Assembly (NCBI GenBank): GCA_040388865.1
Contig: JAZKBB010000008.1
Span: forward strand, 21,663-85,662
Reading direction: 5' to 3'
DNA: 64,000 nt
Source: Pseudomonadota bacterium
GTDB lineage: Bacteria; Pseudomonadota; Alphaproteobacteria; Sphingomonadales; Sphingomonadaceae
The translations under genes were made by a program, and so were the position numbers. Positions 19,848-27,825 of this stretch are shown piece after piece (positions within the stretch are counted from its first letter, which is position 1; each line of letters begins with the position of its first letter). The notes beneath the pieces are model-generated. The model had not been told where the DNA came from. It saw only the letters and a list, made by a program, of their open reading frames with translations, and ran no database searches.

Positions 19848-20606
19848 TCAGCGGGGCAGGATGTCCAGGAAGCCGATGGTGCCGTCGAACAACGCACTGA
19901 CGGCCAGGAGCGTCCGTCCGCCGACGCCATACCGTTCGCGCGCATGCTTCAGATGTTCAATCACGGTCTGCTTGCTGATCCCGAGAATGCGCGCGATCTC
20001 CCAGTCGGACTTTCCGGATGCCGCCCATTTCACGACCTCGCGCTGACGATCGGTCAGTTCCACCGGTCCTTTGGAGAAGCGGTTTCTGCGCATCCGGCGA
20101 GCGGCCTCGAATGCAAAAGCACCCACCAGCTGCAGCAATGACAGATTCTCTTCCGAGAAGGGATCTCCCGCAGCGCAGGCGAACGAACAGGATCCGTGCG
20201 CCTCTCCCGGTACATGGGCCGGTACCGTGAAGCCCTCGCCAATCCCTTGCATGTGTGCCAGCTCAAGCACCCGGCGATCGTCGGCGGTGAGAGCGATCAT
20301 CTCGGACAGCTTCGACCAGGTGAAGCCGACGCTGGTGACATTGCTTGCGCGATGGACGGGATCGGTCGCGCCGAGCGCCTGCTCATCGAACCATTCCGCC
20401 CAGCCGTCCGGGTAATTGTGGATGCGGATCGCAGCGCTGCTCCGGCGCACATCGACATGGTGAGTCAGCGCGAAGTAGCGGAAGCCGAGATCGCACGAGA
20501 CGTCCGCCAGCGCGCCGGCAAGCGCCTCCTCCGTCTCCAGCCCACGAACGTCTCTGACAAACGCATCTACACGACTGAACATCCCCCGCTGCGGCTTCGC
20601 CGCCAC
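19848..20606 (-). CDS. luxR: LuxR-family AHL receptor 1
   Basis: NYPDGWAEWF, DPVH, FTW and G..GFTVP autoinducer domain. HTH LTDRQREVVKWAASGKSDWEIARILGIS. Confidence 0.9.
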   Translation of the reverse strand: MAAKPQRGMFSRVDAFVRDVRGLETEEALAGALADVSCDLGFRYFALTHHVDVRRSSAAIRIHNYPDGWAEWFDEQALGATDPVHRASNVTSVGFTWSKLSEMIALTADDRRVLELAHMQGIGEGFTVPAHVPGEAHGSCSFACAAGDPFSEENLSLLQLVGAFAFEAARRMRRNRFSKGPVELTDRQREVVKWAASGKSDWEIARILGISKQTVIEHLKHARERYGVGGRTLLAVSALFDGTIGFLDILPR

Positions 20607-20852
20607 GTCCGGGGAGGGTGTTCCAAGTCACTTGATTCCCGCGGACGTCCTTTCAACCGTGTGCAACGTCTTCGTTTCTCAGGCGAAGGGCGCCGCGCAA
20701 GGTCCGAGCGAGGCGACCATGCCGAGATTGGCGAAGCTGTTCAAATATATTCATTTGTTAGTAACTTATTTCTCAAAAATTCAACAACGCTCGGTCAACA
20801 AGGAGGCGTGCTTTGCGCATGCTCGTGCGACGGCCCTTGAGAGACGAGAGCG

Positions 20853-21593
20853 GTGAGGCGGCTCAGCGACCGCTTCGCTGAAGCCGCGCGGGCCTGCCCG
20901 GACCTGGCGCAGCTCGGGACGCTGCTCGCCGACATCGCCCACGAGCTCGGCTTTCATTATTTTGCGCTGCTCGATCATGAGAGCCTCGGAGGTCGGAGTA
21001 ACGGATCGCTGCGGATCGACAATTATCCCAGGGATTGGGTCGAGGAGATGGTCTCGCGTGGTTACGCGGCGGATGATCCGGTGCATCTCGCGAGCCGCCG
21101 CACCAATATTGGGTTCGGCTGGTGCGAGCTCGGCAGCCTGATCAGGCTGGAGCGTCGGCACACCCATATCCTCGCACGAAGCCGTCGCTTCGGCCTCGGC
21201 CCTGGGCTGACGGTTCCGGCCAACGTTCCCGGCGAGCCGAGCGCGTCCTGCTCGTTCGCGGTTCGAGCCGGATGCGAAATGCCGACCGGCCGGCTTCATT
21301 GCGCAGAGTTGATCGGTGCGCACGCATTGTGCGCGGCGCGGCGCCTGCGTCCCCCTGCAGTGCACCAGCGTCCACATTTGAGCCGACGAGAAGTTCAGTG
21401 CCTGCGGCTGGTGGCGCTTGGGAAGACGGACTGGGAAATTGCACGGATCCTCGGCCTCAGCCCGCACACCGCGCACCAATATGTGAAGCGCGCCCGCGCC
21501 GCCTACGACACGGTCAGCCGAACGCAGCTCGTCGTCTATGGCCTGCGCGACGATTGGATCAGCTTTGAGGACGCAATTCCCCAAGGCGGGTGA
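20853..21593 (+). CDS. luxR: LuxR-family AHL receptor 2
   Basis: NYPRDW...YAADDPVH, FGW, GLTVP. HTH LSRREVQCLRLVALGKTDWEIARILGLS. Confidence 0.88.
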   Translation: MRRLSDRFAEAARACPDLAQLGTLLADIAHELGFHYFALLDHESLGGRSNGSLRIDNYPRDWVEEMVSRGYAADDPVHLASRRTNIGFGWCELGSLIRLERRHTHILARSRRFGLGPGLTVPANVPGEPSASCSFAVRAGCEMPTGRLHCAELIGAHALCAARRLRPPAVHQRPHLSRREVQCLRLVALGKTDWEIARILGLSPHTAHQYVKRARAAYDTVSRTQLVVYGLRDDWISFEDAIPQGG

Positions 21594-21629
21594 ATGGGCT
21601 GATCGCAGGAGCGCCATTCTCTTGCGCGC

Positions 21630-22403
21630 GTGTCGATCGAGCGCGCTTGCTGCCCCAACTGGCGTGACCCTGCGGCCTATGCGCCGCTGGTCGAGGCCGA
21701 CCGCTCGCTGTTTGCCTGGGAATGGCTGCGCCGCAATGTGGACTATCGACTGGCGGCCGAGCAGGCGCTTTCGGCCAGCTATGGAGATATACCGCCCTCA
21801 GTTGCGTCCGGACATTTCGGCCTGGTTGCGTTCGAGCCTCCACATCTCGCAGTGCCCGAGGCTCGCCCGTTCTGGCGATCGGATGCTTACCCTTATGTCC
21901 TTTCGGCTGGGATCGGCGCGACGAAGCAGCCCGGCGACCTCTTCGACCGGGACCGAATGCGCGGTGCATCGCGGATCATTCTCGGCGATCGTTGCGAGCA
22001 TTTGTTGCTCTCCGATGGTTTGCGAACGATTCGAGTGGATGGGCAGCCGGGTACGTTCACCGGCGGCCCCGTGTCCCTGCGCTACCACATCGAGGGCGTG
22101 GCCAGTGCGGAGCCGGCGCTTCTTACGCTGCACTGCTTTCTCGCCTTCTGCCGCGCAAGCGGGTTCTCGCGTTCGCTTCATCGCCGCGAAGCACGGGCGC
22201 GGCGGTGGATTCTGATACTTCGCGCCTCGGATGCGCTCACCGCTGGCGCCGACCAGCGCGAGATTGCCGGCGAACTGCTCAGCCGCTCGGTGGGCGAGCC
22301 GGACTGGCGCAGCCGCGAATCCAGCGTGCGCTCGCAGGCCCAGCGGCTGGTCCGCGCCGCGAGATATTTCGGGAATGGCGGCTATCGCTCCTTTTTGGAC
22401 TGA
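21630..22403 (+). CDS. DUF6499+DUF2285 (FseA-like) transcriptional activator
   Basis: N-terminal WRDPAAY...FAWEWLRRNVDY motif. C-terminal LRASDALTAGADQREIA...RSQAQRLVRAAR...GGYRSFL. Confidence 0.8.
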   Translation: MSIERACCPNWRDPAAYAPLVEADRSLFAWEWLRRNVDYRLAAEQALSASYGDIPPSVASGHFGLVAFEPPHLAVPEARPFWRSDAYPYVLSAGIGATKQPGDLFDRDRMRGASRIILGDRCEHLLLSDGLRTIRVDGQPGTFTGGPVSLRYHIEGVASAEPALLTLHCFLAFCRASGFSRSLHRREARARRWILILRASDALTAGADQREIAGELLSRSVGEPDWRSRESSVRSQAQRLVRAARYFGNGGYRSFLD

Positions 22404-22475
22404 GGATCGGCGCACTCGGGGGACCTTTCGAGCGGATGTCCAAAAGGGGACGCTGGGCGAGAGGATCGGCCCTCA

Positions 22476-22541
22476 TTTCGATGGAATTGAAAATATATTT
22501 GACGATCCGTGAACTCCTCTCTATTCGAAGATAGTCGAAAT
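22476..22541 (+). promoter_or_regulatory. Putative ArsR operator(s)
   Basis: AT-rich imperfect inverted repeats TTTCGATGGAATTGAAA and TTCGAAGATAGTCGAA directly upstream of arsR. Confidence 0.5.
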
Positions 22542-22553
22542 GAGGATTTGGCC

Positions 22554-22895
22554 ATGAACGCCGCGGACGCGATCGGCTCACTGAGCGCACTGGCGCAGGA
22601 GCACAGGCTCACTTTGTTTCGCCTTCTCGTGCAGGCGGGGGAAAGCGGGATGCCGGCTGGAGCGATTGCGGAGGCCCTCGGCGTTCCCAATAGCTCGCTT
22701 TCTTTTCATCTCGCGCAACTGAGGGCTGCCGGCCTGGTCGTCCAGGAGCGCCAGCACCGGTCGTTGATCTACCGCGCCAATTATCCCGCGATGAACGCTC
22801 TGGTCGGCTACCTCATGGAAAATTGCTGTGGCGGCGCGGAGTGCGCCTCCGACGCAGCTTGCGAGCCGAAAGCTCAGGAAAGGAAATCCGCATGA
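22554..22895 (+). CDS. arsR: ArsR repressor (C-terminal CC..C type)
   Basis: ALAQEHRLTLFRLLVQAG, LSFHL, YLMENCCGGAEC. Confidence 0.92.
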   Translation: MNAADAIGSLSALAQEHRLTLFRLLVQAGESGMPAGAIAEALGVPNSSLSFHLAQLRAAGLVVQERQHRSLIYRANYPAMNALVGYLMENCCGGAECASDAACEPKAQERKSA

Positions 22896-23368
22896 AGCGC
22901 CTACACGTACACGTCGGGGTCGAGGACCTGTCGAAATCGATCGGCTTCTATTCGACGCTGTTCGGGACCGATCCGACAGTGCTGAAACATGATTACGCCA
23001 AGTGGATGCTGGAGGACCCGCGGGTGAACTTCGCGATCTCCGTTGGCCAGCATGCCAGCAATGGTATCGAGCACCTGGGAATCCAGGCCGAAAGCACGGA
23101 CGAGCTCTCGGAGGTTTACAGCCGGCTTCGGGCGGCAGACCGGCCCGTACTCGAGGAAGGCGCGACGACCTGCTGCTACGCCAAGAGCGAGAAGTCTTGG
23201 ATCGCCGACCCGGACGGAATCGTCTGGGAAGCCTTCTACAGCGACGGGGAAGCGACAGTGTACGGTGAGAGCCCCGAGCTGTCGGCGCTGTCGGCAAATG
23301 CGTCCGAGACGACCTGCTGTGCTCCGGCCATGCCGCAACACCGGTCAGCCGCCGCGTGCTGCGAGTGA
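22892..23368 (+). CDS. ArsI/CadI family VOC metalloenzyme
   Basis: MKRLHVHV, YAKWMLEDPRVNFAIS, HLGIQ, TTCCYAKSEKSW..DPDG..WE. Confidence 0.88.
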   Translation: MKRLHVHVGVEDLSKSIGFYSTLFGTDPTVLKHDYAKWMLEDPRVNFAISVGQHASNGIEHLGIQAESTDELSEVYSRLRAADRPVLEEGATTCCYAKSEKSWIADPDGIVWEAFYSDGEATVYGESPELSALSANASETTCCAPAMPQHRSAAACCE

Positions 23369-23889
23369 GGAAGGGCGGCTCGCGGACGTACAACGTCCTC
23401 TTCCTCTGCACCGGCAACAGCGCCCGGTCTATCATCGGCGAAGCTATCATGAACAGGCTCGGCGAGGGCCGCTTCCGCGCCTATTCGGCAGGGAGCTTCC
23501 CGAAGGGGCAAGTGCACCCGGAGGCGTTGCGGCTACTCCGGGAAATGCATTTTGAGACCGAGGGACTTCGTTCCAAGAGCTGGGACGAGTTTGCGGCGCC
23601 TGGCGCGCCGAAGATGGATTTCATCTTCACCGTTTGCGACAATGCCGCCGAAGAGCAGTGCCCGGTGTGGCCGGGCCACCCGATCACTGCCCATTGGGGG
23701 ATCGAGGACCCGGCTGCCGCAAACCAGGCACATCAGCGGCAAGCGTTCAACACCGCGCTCACTTATTTGAGGGCGCGCATTTCCCTGTTCCTGGCGCTGC
23801 CGCTCGAATCGATCGACGAGATGGCGACGCGCGAAGAGGTGCGGCGGATTGGACGTTCGGCCGGAGCGACGAGCCGTGCCGATGCCTGA
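23365..23889 (+). CDS. arsC: Arsenate reductase, LMW-PTPase fold
   Basis: FLCTGNSARS P-loop, TVCDNAA, CPVWPG, HWGIEDP. Confidence 0.9.
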   Translation: MRKGGSRTYNVLFLCTGNSARSIIGEAIMNRLGEGRFRAYSAGSFPKGQVHPEALRLLREMHFETEGLRSKSWDEFAAPGAPKMDFIFTVCDNAAEEQCPVWPGHPITAHWGIEDPAAANQAHQRQAFNTALTYLRARISLFLALPLESIDEMATREEVRRIGRSAGATSRADA

Positions 23890-24316
23890 GCCGGTCGACA
23901 TCGTCGTCTATCACAATCCCGAGTGCGGTACGTCGCGCAACACGCTCGGCCTGATTCGCAACGCCGGGATCGAGCCGCACGTGATCGAATATCTGAAGAC
24001 ACCGCCAAGCCGGGCACTGCTCGTGCAGCTCATCGAGCGCGCAGGCGTAAGTGCGCGTGCGCTGCTGCGGGAGAAGGGCACCCCTTTTCAAGAGCTTGGC
24101 CTTGGCGATCCGGCGCTGAGCGATGACGAGCTGGTCGACGCGATGATGGAGCATCCGATCCTGATCAACCGGCCCCTCGTGGTCTCGCCACTCGGCGTGA
24201 AGCTCTGCCGTCCATCGGAGGCGGTGCTCGACCTGCTGCCGCGTGCACAGCAGGGGCCCTTCGCCAAGGAAGACGGCGAGAAAGTCATCGCGGCCGATGG
24301 CTCGCGCATCAGCTGA
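23882..24316 (+). CDS. arsC: Arsenate reductase, glutaredoxin-dependent
   Basis: YHNPECGTSR, PILINRP, LCRPSE. Confidence 0.92.
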   Translation: MPEPVDIVVYHNPECGTSRNTLGLIRNAGIEPHVIEYLKTPPSRALLVQLIERAGVSARALLREKGTPFQELGLGDPALSDDELVDAMMEHPILINRPLVVSPLGVKLCRPSEAVLDLLPRAQQGPFAKEDGEKVIAADGSRIS

Positions 24317-24322
24317 CAAGGA

Positions 24323-25396
24323 ATGGACACGGCAACGCAGGCCAAGCGGAGCGACAGGCCCGCAATGACGATCTTCGAGCGCTATCTGACCCTCTGGGTG
24401 GCGCTCTGCATCGTCGCTGGAATTGCCCTGGGCGCGGCGGTGCCGCAGCTGTTCGAGGCGATCGCGTCCGCCGAGGTCGCGCAGGTCAATCTGCCGGTGG
24501 CATTGCTGATCTGGCTGATGATCATCCCGATGCTCCTGAAGATCGATTTCGGGGCGCTTGGATCGGTGCGCCAGCACTGGAAGGGCGTCGGCATCACTTT
24601 GTTCATCAACTGGGCGGTGAAGCCCTTCTCGATGGCGGCGCTCGCGAGCCTGTTCATCGGATGGCTGTTCGCGCCGTTGTTGCCGCACGGCGAGATCTCG
24701 TCCTATATTGCCGGCCTCATCATCCTCGCCGCCGCACCATGCACGGCAATGGTCTTCGTCTGGTCGAACCTGTGCGACGGCGAGCCCAATTACACGCTCA
24801 GTCAGGTCGCGCTCAACGACGTGATCATGGTGTTCGCCTTCGCGCCGATCGTCGCGCTGCTGCTCGGCGTTGCGGCGATCACCGTGCCGTGGGAGACGCT
24901 GCTGCTCTCCGTTCTGCTCTACATCGTCATTCCGGTGATCGCCGCGCAGGCGCTTCGCATGGCGACGCTGTCGAGCGGAGAGGAACCGGCGCTCGCGCGG
25001 CTTCTGTCTGCGCTCGGGCCCGTGTCGCTTGTGGCGCTGCTGACGACGCTCGTCCTGCTGTTCGGATTTCAGGGGCAGCAGATCCTGGACAAGCCGTTGG
25101 TCATTGCGCTTCTCGCCGTACCGATCCTCATCCAGGTCTACTTCAACGCTGGACTGGCTTACTGGCTCAGCCGCCGGTTCGGTGTCGCCTGGTGTGTTGC
25201 AGCTCCGGCGGCGTTGATCGGTGCGTCCAACTTCTTCGAGCTGGCGGTGGCGGCGGCAATCAGCCTGTTCGGGATTGGCTCGGGCGCTGCGCTGGCGACG
25301 GTCGTCGGAGTGCTGGTCGAAGTGCCGGTGATGCTCTCGGTGGTCTCGATCGTGAAGCGCACGCGCGGCTGGTATGAGCAGCGCTCACTCGCGTGA
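24323..25396 (+). CDS. acr3: Acr3 arsenite efflux transporter
   Basis: FERYLTLWV, APCTAMVFVW, ASNFFELAVA, GVLVEVPVML. Confidence 0.95.
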   Translation: MDTATQAKRSDRPAMTIFERYLTLWVALCIVAGIALGAAVPQLFEAIASAEVAQVNLPVALLIWLMIIPMLLKIDFGALGSVRQHWKGVGITLFINWAVKPFSMAALASLFIGWLFAPLLPHGEISSYIAGLIILAAAPCTAMVFVWSNLCDGEPNYTLSQVALNDVIMVFAFAPIVALLLGVAAITVPWETLLLSVLLYIVIPVIAAQALRMATLSSGEEPALARLLSALGPVSLVALLTTLVLLFGFQGQQILDKPLVIALLAVPILIQVYFNAGLAYWLSRRFGVAWCVAAPAALIGASNFFELAVAAAISLFGIGSGAALATVVGVLVEVPVMLSVVSIVKRTRGWYEQRSLA

Positions 25397-25445
25397 CACT
25401 GCCGACTCCTGCCAAAGCGAACGGGGCCCGCCTCGACCCCATTCA

Positions 25446-25473
25446 TTGACTCGCAGGCTTTGCCACTTATCCT
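25446..25473 (+). promoter_or_regulatory. sigma70-like promoter, copy 1 (probably leaderless)
   Basis: TTGACT-N16-TATCCT-N7-GTG. Same geometry as the copy at 27023. Confidence 0.6.
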
Positions 25474-25480
25474 TGGTTGC

Positions 25481-25801
25481 GTGATCAGGCTTGTCCTCGC
25501 CTTGCTTTCGGCCCTTGCGCTGGCGCTCAACCCCGTCTCGGTGCAGGCGGCCGGCTTCGGGCAGGACTCGACGATGTCCTGCGGAATGCAGCAGAAGATG
25601 CCCGCAAAGCCTGCGAACCATGGCAAGATGGACTGCTGCACCCCTGCCTGCCAGGTGAGTTCCGCGGCAGCGCTTCTGCCCGATCATGACCTGGCCGATC
25701 AGGTGACGAACGGCGAGCAGCTGCATGCCGCAATGGCTTTGAGCAAGCTCAGCTCCTTCGCGCCAACAGGCCTCGACCCGCCTCCCCGACGCTTTTCCTG
25801 A
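25481..25801 (+). CDS. Small exported Cys-rich protein, DUF2946/CopL/CutF-like leader ORF (copy 1)
   Basis: Signal peptide, MDCCTPAC, C-terminal FAPTGLDPPPRRFS. 106 aa paralog of 27058-27378. Confidence 0.75.
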   Translation: MIRLVLALLSALALALNPVSVQAAGFGQDSTMSCGMQQKMPAKPANHGKMDCCTPACQVSSAAALLPDHDLADQVTNGEQLHAAMALSKLSSFAPTGLDPPPRRFS

Positions 25802-25919
25802 GCATGCCGGCGCCGCCTGTGAGGCTGGCGCCTCCGCTGCGGCTCCGCGCCTATTTTAGCGCCGGACTCGCGGTGTTTTGCCCAATGCACTGAAAGGAGC
25901 CGCCGTCGCCGGCGTTCCA

Positions 25920-26948
25920 ATGCATTGGCTTCTCTTCTGGGATCAGTTTCACATGATGCTCGTCCAAACTGCGAATTGTTTTGGCGATCGCCTCGCTGGT
26001 CTGTGGCGCGATTATTCGCGTGTCGCGCTTGCGCTGGGACTGCTGCTGATCCTTGCGATCGGCGCAGGCGCAGAAGTCGCCCGGTCGGCACCCGAGCCTG
26101 CGACACAGGGGATCATGCCCCCGGCGCCTCCGCCGATGCTCCTGCGCAGGCTCGCACCTGACGCCGCGCTGCAGATCAACGGAGCGATGCCGATCCAGGC
26201 CTGGCCGAATCCTCCCGCGTTGCCGTTTGTCTTTCGCGGCGATCCCGCCACCCGCACGCAGGCGCTTCAATGCCTCGCGACCGCCGTCTATTACGAAGCC
26301 GGCAACCAGGGCGGCGAAGGCGAGCGGGCAGTCGCCCAGGTCGTGCTCAATCGGGTTCGGCACCCGGCCTTCCCGGCGAGCGTGTGCGGCGTGGTTTACG
26401 AAGGCTCGACCCGCGCCGGCGGTAGCCAATTCACGTTCACGACCGATGGGTCACTCAGCCGCCGACCGGATGCTGCCGGGTGGAATCGTGCCTATGGCAT
26501 CGCCGAAGCCGCATTGACCGGCGATGTCTACGCGCCGGTCGGGTGGGCGACACATTACCATGCAAATTACGTCCTTCCTTATTGGGCTTCGACGCTCGCC
26601 AAGAGCACGGTCGTCGGGGCCCACATCTTCTATCGCTGGTCCGGTTCATGGGGACGCCCGGCGGCATTCGTGCAGGGCTACGCCGGACATGAGCCCAATG
26701 CATTGGCGCTGCGCAACGCCGCGCTCGCAGCCGACACCGCGGCGAAGCCGCAGGTTTCCCTCTCCAGTGCAAGCGATGGCGCTGCGCAATTTCCGTTCCG
26801 GCTGACCGCAGGCGATGACGAGCGAGAGGACGTTTTGCGGACGGTGCCAGGCGGGGCGACCGGCAGACGGCAGGAGCAGGGGACCACGCCGGATCCATCG
26901 AAAAAACTGAGATGGACGCTGTCGAGCGCCGCGGACCTGTCGCAATGA
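25920..26948 (+). CDS. SleB/Hydrolase_2 family cell wall hydrolase
   Basis: CLATAVYYEA, AVAQVVLNRVRHPAFPASVCGVVY, ATHYHANYVLPYWA, GAHIFYRW. Start uncertain. Confidence 0.85.
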   Translation: MHWLLFWDQFHMMLVQTANCFGDRLAGLWRDYSRVALALGLLLILAIGAGAEVARSAPEPATQGIMPPAPPPMLLRRLAPDAALQINGAMPIQAWPNPPALPFVFRGDPATRTQALQCLATAVYYEAGNQGGEGERAVAQVVLNRVRHPAFPASVCGVVYEGSTRAGGSQFTFTTDGSLSRRPDAAGWNRAYGIAEAALTGDVYAPVGWATHYHANYVLPYWASTLAKSTVVGAHIFYRWSGSWGRPAAFVQGYAGHEPNALALRNAALAADTAAKPQVSLSSASDGAAQFPFRLTAGDDEREDVLRTVPGGATGRRQEQGTTPDPSKKLRWTLSSAADLSQ

Positions 26949-27022
26949 GACGGCGCAGTCCGGCACGACGGCGCAGGCCTGCCGGCACTCCCATCCTGCC
27001 CGAGTGCAACCGCCGGCGTTCA

Positions 27023-27050
27023 TTGACAGTTAGCTGTTGCACCTTATTCT
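27023..27050 (+). promoter_or_regulatory. sigma70-like promoter, copy 2 (probably leaderless)
   Basis: TTGACA-N16-TATTCT-N7-GTG. Confidence 0.65.
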
Positions 27051-27057
27051 TATCAGC

Positions 27058-27378
27058 GTGATCAGGCTTCTGCTCGCCTTGCTGTCGGCGCTCGCGCTGA
27101 CGCTCAGTCCGGTTGCGGCAAGCGCTGCGGCCGCGGCGCCGGCGGCAATGGCCAATTGCGGGATGAAGGGCGAGATGCCCGCCAAGCCCGACCACGCCAA
27201 AATGGACTGCTGCACGCCTGCTTGTCAGGCGAGCTCGGCCGCCGCCCTACTGCCCATCTCGACCGAAGGTGCCGACGGCGTGAATCATGAACGTGCGCCG
27301 CTCGCCACGATTCCTGCCAAGGAGCTGATTTCGTTCGCTCCCACGGGTCTCGACCCGCCTCCCCGACTGCCTGCCTGA
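27058..27378 (+). CDS. Small exported Cys-rich protein, DUF2946/CopL/CutF-like leader ORF (copy 2)
   Basis: Signal peptide, MDCCTPAC, FAPTGLDPPPRLPA. Precedes the cus-like operon. Confidence 0.78.
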   Translation: MIRLLLALLSALALTLSPVAASAAAAAPAAMANCGMKGEMPAKPDHAKMDCCTPACQASSAAALLPISTEGADGVNHERAPLATIPAKELISFAPTGLDPPPRLPA

Positions 27379-27487
27379 GATTGACGGCGCTGCCTGACGG
27401 CGGCGTTGCGAACCGATTCCGAGCGCTCATGCAGCGCGGGAGTCGCGCTGCGTCCACCCGGACGCTCCTCAGCAAAGGCACAGGAAA

Positions 27488-27823
27488 ATGAATAGCAGGA
27501 CATTGCTTACGATCGCGGTTGCCGCGGCCCTCTCCGCGTGCGGCAAGGCGCAACAGCCGGCGAACGAGACCGTCGCCATGAACCAGCCGGAGAGCGCTGC
27601 GCAGGAACAGGTCTATTCGGGAACGGGTTCCATTCAGGCGTCGGCTGGCGATCAGGTAACGATCAAACATGGTCCGATCTCCGGGATCGGCTGGCCGGCG
27701 ATGACCATGACCTTCACGGTCCCCGCCGATCTTGCGAGTCAAGCGCAGGTCGGCAGCCAGGTCGATTTCAGTTTTCGCAAGAACGGCAGTGCGTATCAGC
27801 TGACGTCAATTCGAAAGCACTAG
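27488..27823 (+). CDS. cusF: CusF-like Cu/Ag-binding lipoprotein
   Basis: Lipobox LSAC and HGPISGIGWPAMTMTF (H/W/MxM site). Confidence 0.85.
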   Translation: MNSRTLLTIAVAAALSACGKAQQPANETVAMNQPESAAQEQVYSGTGSIQASAGDQVTIKHGPISGIGWPAMTMTFTVPADLASQAQVGSQVDFSFRKNGSAYQLTSIRKH

Positions 27824-27825
27824 GC

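Noticed and set aside
17768-19900. 710-aa plus-strand ORF
   Set aside because: Antisense shadow of gntR/phyH/luxI in high-GC DNA; no motifs.
20632-20856. Short ORF overlapping luxR2 start (possible antiactivator)
   Set aside because: Runs through the AT-rich divergent promoter; no recognisable QseM/TraM features.
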